A DNA stretch of 62,917 bases, counting the filler, from Octopus bimaculoides (Eukaryota): the NCBI RefSeq assembly GCF_001194135.2. It is 4 parts of 4 records of this genome, joined end to end, with 100 filler letters (N's around TTAATTAATTAA, not from the genome) between each part and the next. Parts side by side here need not be neighbours in the genome. Positions count along the whole stretch, not along the records: positions 26,996 to 40,907 come from NC_069007.1; 3 more parts are not named here. One strand, written 5' to 3'. Shown here piece after piece: positions 27,575-38,178 of the stretch (within the stretch, counting starts at the first letter, position 1; each line of letters begins with the position of its first letter). The notes below the pieces were generated by a model. The model searched no databases. It saw only the letters and a list, made by a program, of their open reading frames with translations, and was not told the origin of the DNA. The translations under genes were made by a program, and so were the position numbers.

Positions 27575-27807
27575 ACTTGTTTTAGTCATTTGACTGGGGC
27601 TAAACTGGGGCAACCCTTCAAAGGGTTTTAGTCAAACAAATTGATCCCTGGGCTTATTTTTTGAAGCGTAGTACTTATTGATTCAGTCCCTTTTTGTTGA
27701 ACTGCTAAGTTATGGGGAGGTAAACACACCAACACTAGTTGTCAAGCAATGGTGGGGGACAAACACAGACACACATACATAGATATATGCATATACATAT
27801 GTGGGTA

Positions 27808-27870
<63 letters not shown>

Positions 27871-28190
27871 CCACACATACACACACATACATATTTACAT
27901 ATATATGATGGGCTTCTTTCAGTTTCTGTCTACCCAATCCAGTGACAAGGCTTTGGTTGGCCTGAGGCTATAGTAGAAGACACACAAGATGTCATGTGGT
28001 AGGACTGAACATGGAACCATGTAGTTAAGAAGCAAGCTCCTCACCACATGGCTATGTCTATTTTCAGGTTCAGCCCCAGTGCATGGTACCTTTAAAATGT
28101 GTCTTCTCTTGTATAGCCTCAGGCCAAGCAATGATTTTGTGTGGATTTGGCAGACTGAAACCCATTCTGTGTGTATGCTGTGTGTGTGTG
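27575..28190. mobile_element. Inverted pair of SINE family B copies in a PTPRN intron (- copy about 27575-28060, + head about 28060-28190)
   Basis: ttggcctgaggctata (27957-72) pairs with tatagcctcaggccaa (28112-27). agaagacaca (27975-84) pairs with tgtgtcttct (28098-107). Confidence 0.8.
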
Positions 28191-28358
28191 AGTATTTACA
28201 TACTATGCTTTGCCTGAAAAATAATGTAGAGCTTCAAGCAGTGATGTATGTTGACGTAAGATTGTTCATTTTGTTGGCACTGACAGTAAAAATGCAGTTG
28301 GGAGATGTGAGCAGACATGATGGACAGAATGAAACCAGGGTCCATTCATCCATACTGT

Positions 28359-28477
28359 TATGAGTGAAACAGAATTCATTTAGCCATCCAGCCATCAGAA
28401 CTGTGATGGCTGGGATGCCCTTCCTGTTGCCAATCCTCACCTGTTTCCAATTAAGGTAATGTGGGGATTACTATCAT
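28359..28477. repeat. About 120-bp dispersed repeat, second copy at 30243-30360
   Basis: tatgagtgaaacagaattcatt...ggatgcccttcc...ctcacctgtttccaa...taatgt.gggattact is present at both sites. Confidence 0.8.
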
Positions 28478-28646
28478 TTATGACTACCCCATGATGTCAA
28501 AACAACGACACACACACACACACACACATATATATGGTGAGCTTCTTTCACAGTGTCTGTTTACAAAATGAGGCCATGCTGTGGCAATGCCTAGAAAAAT
28601 TTTAGTCAAACAAATCAACTCAAGTTCTATATTTAAGAGATGAGAA

Positions 28647-29560
28647 ATTATTTACATTATTTCCTTACAGTGTAAAGAGAGGGATTGCTCAGTGCCTAAA
28701 ACATCGAACAAAGAATATAAGTAGCGATCGTGATACACACCACAAACAAATGATCAAGCTTAGTAACAATCTGTTAAGTAGCGACTACCCCAAGAACATA
28801 CTATCTACTCCAATTATGAAGAAAAGAGAGGATGAAACCAATAAACTGTCTACAGTTTTGTCTTCCCTATGTGAAAGGCCTCTCCGAAAAGATACAAAAG
28901 ATATGCGACCCATATGACATCAGGGCAGTATTCAAGAGTAATACAACACTTCGCAAATATCTCCTTTGGGTAAAACCACCAACAGAAGAGAATATGACCA
29001 AAAACTGCGTGTACTCTATCCCATGCAGCTGTGCTAGGTTATACAAAGGCAAAACGTGCCAACCCCTCAAAATAAGGGTAGAGGAACATCACAAAGCTGT
29101 GACATGAGGAGATATTGATAAATTGGGTATGGCTGATCATGTATGGAAAAATGGAGACCACCTCCCCCTGTAGGATGAAGTTAAAATAATAGACAGAGAA
29201 CACCACTGGAAAATAGGAAAACTAAACGAAGCAGCACATATGCTAGGACACAACAACCTCTTAAGCAGACTGAGTGCAGATATGAATAGCATATGGGAAC
29301 TGGTATTAAGGAAGGATAGGAAAATATTAGATTTATAAGCTCTAAAATTCACTCCATAATTGCCCATGGGCATATGGCATATTATTCAGTGACCTGAATA
29401 ATAATAATAATGATAATGAAAAATACCTTAGGAATGAGAACTCAGGTTCAAAATTTCCCCATGACACCTGATGAAGCCTGGAGGGTATACCAGCCGAAAC
29501 ATTGTGTTAAGAACAAACAAGATGAGGACAAATATCCGTCAATTGTAAATAATATAAATC
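28647..29560 (+). mobile_element. 5'-truncated Penelope-like element: RT thumb/linker, GIY-YIG endonuclease and 3' pLTR remnant
   Basis: SVKRGIAQCLKHR...SDYPKNIL, then a frameshift to LPYVKGLSEKIQKI...CVYSIPCSCARLYKGKTCQPLKIRVEEHHKAV...EVKIIDREHHWKIGKLNEAAH, stop at 29336-38. Two internal stops. Confidence 0.9.
29462..29509 (+). ncRNA. Minimal hammerhead ribozyme motif (Penelope type), mutated
   Basis: TGACAC-CTGATGA-A-GCCTGG-agggtata-CCAGCC-GAAA-C-ATT-GTGTTA: stem I, core, stem II (1 mismatch), GAAA, and a loopless stem III. It lies in the 3' region of the Penelope element. Confidence 0.65.
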
Positions 29561-29574
29561 AACTCCAGTAATTA

Positions 29575-29665
29575 TTCTGTTGGTCATTTTTGCCAAACTG
29601 CTATGTCACAGAGTCATTAGTACATCAACACTGGTTGTCAAGTAGTGGAGCTGGAGTTTGCTCAT

Positions 29666-29697
<32 letters not shown>

Positions 29698-29785
29698 GAC
29701 GGGATTCTTTCAGTTTCTGTCTAAGAAATCTGCTTACAAGGCTTTAGATTGGCTGGGTCTATAGTAGAAGACACTTGTTCAAGTA
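29575..29785 (-). mobile_element. SINE family B, partial
   Basis: caacactggttgtcaag...(CA)n...ttctttcagtttctgtct...atagtagaagacacttg. Confidence 0.75.
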
Positions 29786-30354
29786 ACTACTACTACTACT
29801 ACNNNNNNNNNNNNNNNNNNNNNNNNNNNNNNNNNNNNNNNNNNNNNNNNNNNNNNNNNNNNNNNNNNNNNNNNNNNNNNNNNNNNNNNNNNNNNNNNNN
29901 NNNNNNNNNNNNNNNNNNNNNNNNNNNNNNNNNNNNNNNNNNNNNNNNNNNNNNNNNNNNNNNNNNNNNNNNNNNNNNNNNNNNNNNNNNNNNNNNNNNN
30001 NNNNNNNNNNNNNNNNNNNNNNNNNNNNNNNNNNNNNNNNNNNNNNNNNNNNNNNNNNNNNNNNNNNNNNNNNNNNNNNNNNNNNNNNNNNNNNNNNNNN
30101 NNNNNNNNNNNNNNNNNNNNNNNNNNNNNNNNNNNNNNNNNNNNNNNNNNNNNNNNNNNNNNNNNNNNNNNNNNNNNNNNNNNNNNNNNNNNNNNNNNNN
30201 NNATATATATATATATATATATATATATAACTCTCTAGGCCTTTATGAGTGAAACAGAATTCATTGAGCCATCCAGCTATCAGAACTCTGATGGCTGGAT
30301 GCCCTTCCCGTTGCCAATGCTCACCTGTTTCCAAGTAAAGTAATGTCGGGATTA

Positions 30355-30953
30355 CTCTCTAGGCTAACTCTCTCTCTAATTAGTTGGGCTATGACCCTCT
30401 CTAACTTTCATCACCTGATCCAGCAGTTTGATACCCCTGTAGTTATTTCTATCTAAAGCATCACCTTTACATTTGTAGCAGTTGACTATGGTGCTGCTAC
30501 ACCAGTCATTGGGTATAACTCCTTCATAAACTAACTGATTTATGATGCAGGTGACAAGACCATAACCCACATCGCCTGATATTTTAAGCATCTCAGCAGT
30601 GATCTCTGATGGACCAGGTGCTTTCCTTGTCTTCATATCATTAATTGCTTTATCTACCAGGGTACTGTTGATTCGGGTAGCTGGTCCCTCAATTGGGTCA
30701 ACATTTGGCACACTCTCCTCCTCCCATTCATTCTCCATATTCAGCAGTCTTTCATAATGGCACCTCCAAGCCTCTTTCTTTGCAGAATCATCAAATGCAA
30801 GGGCACCATCATCCATGCAGACACATTTCTCTCCTATGACATCACAGTTTTGTCTCATACACTGTGTTGCAATCCAAAATTCTTCAGTTCTTTTGTCCTC
30901 ATGCCACTGAACATTGGCAAACTTCTTCTTTTCTGCTACTCCCTTGGCTAGAT
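30355..30953 (-). mobile_element. RTE-clade LINE reverse transcriptase N-terminal fragment, cut by gap
   Basis: EAWRCHYERLLNMENEW...AINDMKTRKAPGPSEITAEMLK...IPNDWCSSTIVNCYKCKGDALDRNNYRGIKLLDQVMKV covers RT domains 0-1. Confidence 0.9.
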
Positions 30954-31739
30954 NNNNNNNNNNNNNNNNNNNNNNNNNNNNNNNNNNNNNNNNNNNNNNN
31001 NNNNNNNNNNNNNNNNNNNNNNNNNNNNNNNNNNNNNNNNNNNNNNNNNNNNNNNNNNNNNNNNNNNNNNNNNNNNNNNNNNNNNNNNNNNNNNNNNNNN
31101 NNNNNNNNNNNNNNNNNNNNNNNNNNNNNNNNNNNNNNNNNNNNNNNNNNNNNNNNNNNNNNNNNNNNNNNNNNNNNNNNNNNNNNNNNNNNNNNNNNNN
31201 NNNNNNNNNNNNNNNNNNNNNNNNNNNNNNNNNNNNNNNNNNNNNNNNNNNNNNNNNNNNNNNNNNNNNNNNNNNNNNNNNNNNNNNNNNNNNNNNNNNN
31301 NNNNNNNNNNNNNNNNNNNNNNNNNNNNNNNNNNNNNNNNNNNNNNNNNNNNNNNNNNNNNNNNNNNNNNNNNNNNNNNNNNNNNNNNNNNNNNNNNNNN
31401 NNNNNNNNNNNNNNNNNNNNNNNNNNNNNNNNNNNNNNNNNNNNNNNNNNNNNNNNNNNNNNNNNNNNNNNNNNNNNNNNNNNNNNNNNNNNNNNNNNNN
31501 NNNNNNNNNNNNNNNNNNNNNNNNNNNNNNNNNNNNNNNNNNNNNNNNNNNNNNNNNNNNNNNNNNNNNNNNNNNNNNNNNNNNNNNNNNNNNNNNNNNN
31601 NNNNNNNNNNNNNNNNNNNNNNNNNNNNNNNNNNNNNNNNNNNNNNATATATATATATATGTCTGTGTATGTATATATGTATGTATATATATATATGTAT
31701 CTATGTATGTAAATACATGTATATGTATGGAAAAGTGGA

Positions 31740-31978
31740 TGTTAAATCTATGATGTTGATGATGGTGGTGATGATGATGGCATTGATGGAGATGGTGTTA
31801 ACAATGATAATGACGATGATGATGATGGAAATGATGACATTGTTGATGATGATGATGATGATGATAGTGTTGGTGATGAGGATGATAATGTAGATAACAG
31901 TAACTATGGTGACAATGTTCATGATGTTGGTGATGATGATAGGAATGGTGTTGACAATGTTGACGATGATGATGATAT
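31740..31978. repeat. Degenerate (GAT)n tract in the last PTPRN intron
   Basis: gatgatgatggtggtgatgatg... runs. Confidence 0.85.
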
Positions 31979-32017
31979 ATAATTAATTAGCGTTGTTTTG
32001 TTAATTTCTCGTTACAG

Positions 32018-32089
32018 GAACAGTTCCAGTATTCGCTCGCATTGGTTGCCGAGGAAGTCCACGCAATTTTGAAAGCTTTGCCTCAGTGA
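32018..32089 (+). CDS. PTPRN: Terminal coding exon of IA-2/PTPRN-family phosphatase
   Basis: Acceptor ttaatttctcgttacAG (32016-17), then [26 protein letters not shown]. This matches the recalled IA-2 C-terminus [23 protein letters not shown]. It is absent from the ORF track because it is short. Confidence 0.93.
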   Translation, partial: [23 protein letters not shown]

Positions 32090-33701
32090 AGACCTGTTTA
32101 TCCATGACCCACTGACCCCTCTGCCAAAAAAACCCCTGCTAACCGCCACTCACCACCCCATCCACTCACACATACACACGCACACATGCGCGCACATATA
32201 CACACTCAAAAACATACGTGCACACATGCATTAGCATTGTCACCGCTACTAAGACAACCACCACTGAACACTAGCACCCATACCACACCCTACTAACAAC
32301 AGTGTCAACACTAACACAACTACTACAACTACCACTATGACTGCTACAACCACTACTGTCAGTTACTACTACAAACATGCCACCACTACCACCACCACCA
32401 CCACTACTACTACCTCCATCACTTGTATAAAAGAGAAAAAACAGAGATGAAACAGTAAGTGGTGGCAGTGGCGGTAGCAGTGGTGGCAGTGGTGGTGGTG
32501 GTGTTAGTTGTTAGTAGAAGTTTCTTTACAAAATAAGCACAGACACTACACCTAATATTTACATATATATATACCTATATACATACATACATGCATACAT
32601 ATATGTACGTATATGTGTGTGTATTTATGTATAATATATATATTTGTTTATATGTGTGTGTGTGTGTATATATGTGTGTGTGTGTGTGTATATANNNNNN
32701 NNNNNNNNNNNNNNNNNNNNNNNNNNNNNNNNNNNNNNNNNNNNNNNNNNNNNNNNNNNNNNNNNNNNNNNNNNNNNNNNNNNNNNNNNNNNNNNNNNNN
32801 NNNNNNNNNNNNNNNNNNNNNNNNNNNNNNNNNNNNNNNNNNNNNNNNNNNNNNNNNNNNNNNNNNNNNNNNNNNNNNNNNNNNNNNNNNNNNNNNNNNN
32901 NNNNNNNNNNNNNNNNNNNNNNNNNNNNNNNNNNNNNNNNNNNNNNNNNNNNNNNNNNNNNNNNNNNNNNNNNNNNNNNNNNNNNNNNNNNNNNNNNNNN
33001 NNNNNNNNNNNNNNNNNNNNNNNNNNNNNNNNNNNNNNNNNNNNNNNNNNNNNNNNNNNNNNNNNNNNNNNNNNNNNNNNNNNNNNNNNNNNNNNNNNNN
33101 NNNNNNNNNNNNNNNNNNNNNNNNNNNNNNNNNNNNNNNNNNNNNNNNNNNNNNNNNNNNNNNNNNNNNNNNNNNNNNNNNNNNNNNNNNNNNNNNNNNN
33201 NNNNNNNNNNNNNNNNNNNNNNNNNNNNNNNNNNNNNNNNNNNNNNNNNNNNNNNNNNNNNNNNNNNNNNNNNNNNNNNNNNNNNNNNNNNNNNNNNNNN
33301 NNNNNNNNNNNNNNNNNNNNNNNNNNNNNNNNNNNNNNNNNNNNNNNNNNNNNNNNNNNNNNNNNNNNNNNNNNNNNNNNNNNNNNNNNNNNNNNNNNNN
33401 NNNNNNNNNNNNNNNNNNNNNNNNNNNNNNNNNNNNNNNNNNNNNNNNNNNNNNNNNNNNNNNNNNNNNNNNNNNNNNNNNNNNNNNNNNNNNNNNNNNN
33501 NNNNNNNNNNNNNNNNNNNNNNNNNNNNNNNNNNNNNNNNNNNNNNNNNNNNNNNNNNNNNNNNNNNNNNNNNNNNNNNNNNNNNNNNNNNNNNNNNNNN
33601 NNNNNNNNNNNNNNNNNNNNNNNNNNNNNTCAGCCCAGAAGAACAACAACAACAACAAAGAGGAAGAAAAGGAAAGAAAATTATTTGTTTGTTGTCTTTT
33701 A

Positions 33702-33747
<46 letters not shown>

Positions 33748-33748
<1 letters not shown>

Positions 33749-34297
33749 GCGGTGAGCTGGCAGAATCATTAGCATGCTAGGCAAAAATGCTTAGCGGCAT
33801 TTTGTCTGTTTTACCGTTCTGAGTTCAAATTCTGCTGAAGTCCACTTTGCCTTTCATCCTTTCAGAGTTGAAAAAATAAGTACCAGTTATGCACTGGTGT
33901 CGATGTAATTGACTAGACCCCCTCTCTCCCATAAAATTTCAGGCTTTGCACATAAAGTAGAAAGGATTATTATTATTATTTTAAATTTTAATTATTAAAA
34001 CTACACCATGGAAAAACAAGCAAGACTGAAGTTGAATAAAAAGTGATATCTTATTTTTTAAAATCATATTAAATATTGATAATGATTATACTAATATTGA
34101 TGATAATAATAATGATAGCATTAATTATAATAATGATAAAAGTAATAATGATAATAAGGATAGTATTATTGATAATAATAAGGATAATGTTAAGGTGAAA
34201 GAGATTGAATCGAAGAATGTTAAAAATATTTCTTTAAAATATCCGGTAGATTTCTTAATTTAATTATAACTAAAATATTGTTATTATTACTAATGTA

Positions 34298-34333
<36 letters not shown>

Positions 34334-34758
34334 GGTGGTGAGCTGGCAGAACTGTTAGTGTGCCAGGCGAAATGCTACGTGGTATTTTGTCTGTCTGCAC
34401 ATTCTGAGTTCAAGTTCCACTGAAGTTGACTTTGCCTCCCCCTTAAGTACCAGTGAAACACTGGGGTCGATGTAATCAACTAGTCCCCTCCCCCAAACTT
34501 CAAGCCTTGTGCCTATAGTAGAAAGCATTATCATTATTACCAAAGTGACGAGCTGGCAGAATTGTTAGCATGCCAGGCGAAATGTCCAACTGCATTTCTC
34601 CTGTCTCTTTACATTCTGAGTTCAAATTCCATCGTGTTTAACTTTGCCTTTCATCCTTTTTTGGGGTAAAATAAATTCCAGTGAAAAACTGCGGTCAATA
34701 TAATTGACTATCCCACCTCACACAAAAAATATCAATTCTTATGCCTATAGTAGAAAGG

Positions 34759-34789
<31 letters not shown>

Positions 34790-34790
34790 G
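33748..34790 (+). mobile_element. Three head-to-tail SINE family A copies within (ATT)n-rich DNA
   Basis: Heads ggtgagctggcagaa at about 33750, 34335 and 34545, B-box gagttcaa(a/g)ttc, and 3' ends tagtagaaagg/catt followed by att repeats. Confidence 0.9.
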
Positions 34791-34825
34791 ATCACTGGAT
34801 TAGCGGAATCATAAAAGTTTTGACC

Positions 34826-34856
<31 letters not shown>

Positions 34857-35506
34857 CAAAAATATTTGCTTTGCGATAACTTTGAGGTGAGCCCTTTTCA
34901 CATTCCAATTTCAAATTCCACCACCAGAAGCTAACTTTGCTCTTAAAAACCTTCCTTTCTTTCCTCCTGATACAAAAGTCAACACACTGTTGTACCAGTC
35001 ATATACTGGGAAAGGGTATCTACTTAATCGACTTTCATCCCAACCCCACCGTCTTTTTCACCCTCCTCCCTGCTCACTCCCACTCCCTGGGGCCCTGTGC
35101 CTGTAATATAGAGCTTATTATTTTATTATTATATACATTATCATTTTCATTAACATTTTATTGTTTTTATTTTCATTGTTATCATTATTTTTATCATTAT
35201 CATTGTTTATTATTATAATAATTATTATTGTTATTATTATTATTATCATTATTATTATTAAAAGATTATATCTGATAGGGATGTTTATACTAACAAAGAT
35301 ATAAATAAGATGAAAATAATAATAATGATAACAATAATGATTTTTTTTTTTTCAGAAATCGATGAACACTGCAATTATATAATGAAATAAATATATATAT
35401 AAATTTATATGTATGTATATAACAATATAATGTATCTGTAATAATATATATATATAAATAAATATATAAATACATGTAAAGAAATATATATATATAAAAA
35501 TATATA

Positions 35507-35543
<37 letters not shown>

Positions 35544-35873
35544 GTATACATATATATATATTTCTGACCTACAATATACTAACAATATAAATAACCATGA
35601 CGTTAATAATGCTAATTATTATTAATATTATTATTGTTATTATTATGATTATTATTATTATTATTATGATTATTATTATTATAAAGCTGATTATATTGAT
35701 AATAAAACAAAACCAGACGAAGAAAGAAAGAAAGAAAAAAAAAGGAAAATTATTCCATTCTTTAAATTGATGCAACACAAATATTTACTAATTGTTTGTT
35801 TACTCTTTAGCGACTTTGCTGTTGTTGTTTTTGCTTTTGTTATTGTTACTTAACATCTAAGTTATTCACTAAT

Positions 35874-36261
35874 CGTGGAGGCGCAATGGCCCAGTGGTTA
35901 GGGCAGCGGACTCGCGGTCATAGGATCGTGGTTTCGATTCCCAGACCGGGCGTTGTGAGTGTTTATTGAGCGAAAAACACCTAAAGCTCCACAAGGCTCC
36001 AGCAGGGGGATGGTGGCGAACCCTGCTGTACTCTTTCACCAAAACTTTCTCTCACTCTTACTTCCTGTTTCTGTTGTGCCTGTAATTCAAAGGGTCAGCC
36101 TTGTTACACTGTGTCACGCTGAATATCCCCGAGAACTACGTTAAGGGTACACGTGTCTGTGGAGTGCTCAGCCACTTGCACATTAATTTCACGAGCAAGC
36201 TGTTCCGTTGATCGGATCAACTGGAACCCTCGACGTCGTAAGCGACGGAGTGCCAACAACA
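35874..36261 (+). mobile_element. SINE family C, full length, 26-bp TSD
   Basis: tRNA-like head (TGGCCCAGTGG ... GGTTTCGATTCC) and an (AAC) tail. TSD acttaac(a/g)tctaagttattcactaat at 35848-73 and 36262-87. Confidence 0.93.
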
Positions 36262-36289
36262 ACTTAACGTCTAAGTTATTCACTAATGA

Positions 36290-37160
36290 TATAGGTATAT
36301 ATAAATGTATCAATGAAATTGAGTGCATCAATAATTTTCTACATATCTTTGGAAGGTGTTTTTCCAACGAGGGTGATGCAGAAATTAGTCGAGACCAGGT
36401 TCGGTAAAGTAATGCCAGCATTCCAATGCTCTTCATCCAATATGAAGATCAAAGACTATCAGTAAGAATATAAAGTAGCCACTGTTATACCAACAGCCAT
36501 CTACCATGAAACTCAGAAGGTGACAACAAAGATCTCTTAATTCCTGGATGTATTCCATCAACACTGTCTAATGTTCAATCCCAGGCATCCCCTTACATGG
36601 ATGGAGTGAGAAGTGAAGAAGTGAAGAGATGAGCTGGCATGGGAAGTTTGCAGGATCTGGTGACCAGGCGGCAGATGCATTTTGCTGGTCATGTGCTTTG
36701 CTAACTGCAGGAGAGAAATGGTACCATTGTGATGGAATGGAAGCTGGAATGTGGAAGATGAAGGAAGGTGTGGCACTGTATGTTCCGGGATGACATGATA
36801 GCAATAGAAGTTGGTCCAACTAGAGTCAAGAAAAAATTGAAGAATAAGGACTCTTGGAGAAGAATAAGGACTTTTGGAGAAGAATAAGGACTCTTGGTGC
36901 CTGTTTTGCTAACAGCACTGGAGGGTCTAAGAACTAAGATGGAATAGAGCCACCAATCCTATGACCACCACCACAGACATGCTACCATCTTGATGGAATG
37001 GCACTGGAAGGAGGAAGGAGACCGAGGGGGAAGATGTGGCACACCAAGTTCTGGAATGACATGATATCGTTGGATGTTGACCCAAGTGGAGCCAGGAGGA
37101 AAGTGAGCAATCTGGAGAAAGTTCATTACCCATTGTGCTGGCAGCACTGGAGAATCTAAA
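36290..37160 (+). mobile_element. Decayed RTE LINE 3' region followed by a second RTE 3' end; 20-bp unit x3 at about 36839-36897
   Basis: EIECINNFLHIFGRCFSNEGD; VIPTAIYHET; SEEVKR*AGMGSLQDLVTRRQMHFAGHVL; ...KNKDSWRR. 36975-37155 is a diverged repeat of 36720-36925. Confidence 0.7.
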
Positions 37161-37896
37161 ATATATATATATTACTTTTAAGTTATCTCTACAGATTTTC
37201 TGTAGAATATGGAGTCAGCACTGGAAGTAATGACATTTCATATACAAATATGTCTATGTAAACAATGTAATCGAAGATAGAAAAATAAGTAATGTGTGTA
37301 TATGCATATTTCAGGAGCATTTGCTCCTTCTTCAGTACCACATTCAACCCATTAACCATGTGCAGACACATTCCTTTAATAGTCACAAAGTTTAGCAGAT
37401 CAATTTATATATTAAGCACATTCCTGGCAACTGGTACATACATAGTATTTGCAGGGAGGGTAGGGGCACACTCTTTCATTTTGCAACCATAATATACTAC
37501 CAAGTATATTAAAGGTTTTATAAGTCAATATTGTGTCCAACTTTGTGTTAGCAGTGCAATTCAATCACTTTTTAGTTATCTCTACAGGTTTTGTATAGAA
37601 ATTAGAGCCAGCAATGAAAGTTACGACATTTCATACATGAATATATCTATGCGAACTATGTGATCAAATATAGAGAAAATAGGTAATAGGTGTATATGCA
37701 TATTTCAGGAGTTATTGCTCCCTCATCAGCACCACACACATCCCATTAAGTATATTAGTATATTATGGTTGCAAAAGGAAATATAATGTCCCTACCATCT
37801 ATCTGGATGGCTTCCTTCCTTCCCACCAACACACACAACTACATGACCACCAAAGAGTTGTAAGTGGTATTGGTTGACAGAAACTGAGGGAAACAG

Positions 37897-38130
37897 GCGG
37901 TGAGCTGGCTCAGTCATTAGCACGTCGGGCGAAATGCTTATCGGTATTTCGTCTGTCATTACGTTCTGAGTTCAAATTCCGCCAAGGTCGACCTTGCCTT
38001 TCGTCCTTTTTCGGGGTCGATAAATTAAGTACCAGTTGAGCACTGGGGTCGATATAATTGACTTAATCCGTTTGTCTGTCCTTGTTTGTACCCTCTATGT
38101 GTGGCCCCTTGTGGGCAGTAAAGAAATAAG
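37897..38130 (+). mobile_element. SINE family A, full length, alternative 3' tail
   Basis: ggcggtgagctggc...gagttcaaattccgccaaggtcg...ggggtcgataaattaagtaccag...ccccttgtgggcagtaaagaaataag. Confidence 0.9.
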
Positions 38131-38178
38131 AAACTGAAGGAAAGCCATTGTGTATATATATATATATATATATCCACA

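Noticed and set aside
31669-31893. Met-rich ORF upstream of the last PTPRN exon
   Set aside because: It is a degenerate (GAT)n intronic tract and not in the IA-2 sequence.
35874-35945. tRNA-like sequence with A and B boxes (also the heads of SINE A, B and D)
   Set aside because: It continues directly into a SINE body with tail and TSD, so it is a SINE head and not a tRNA gene.
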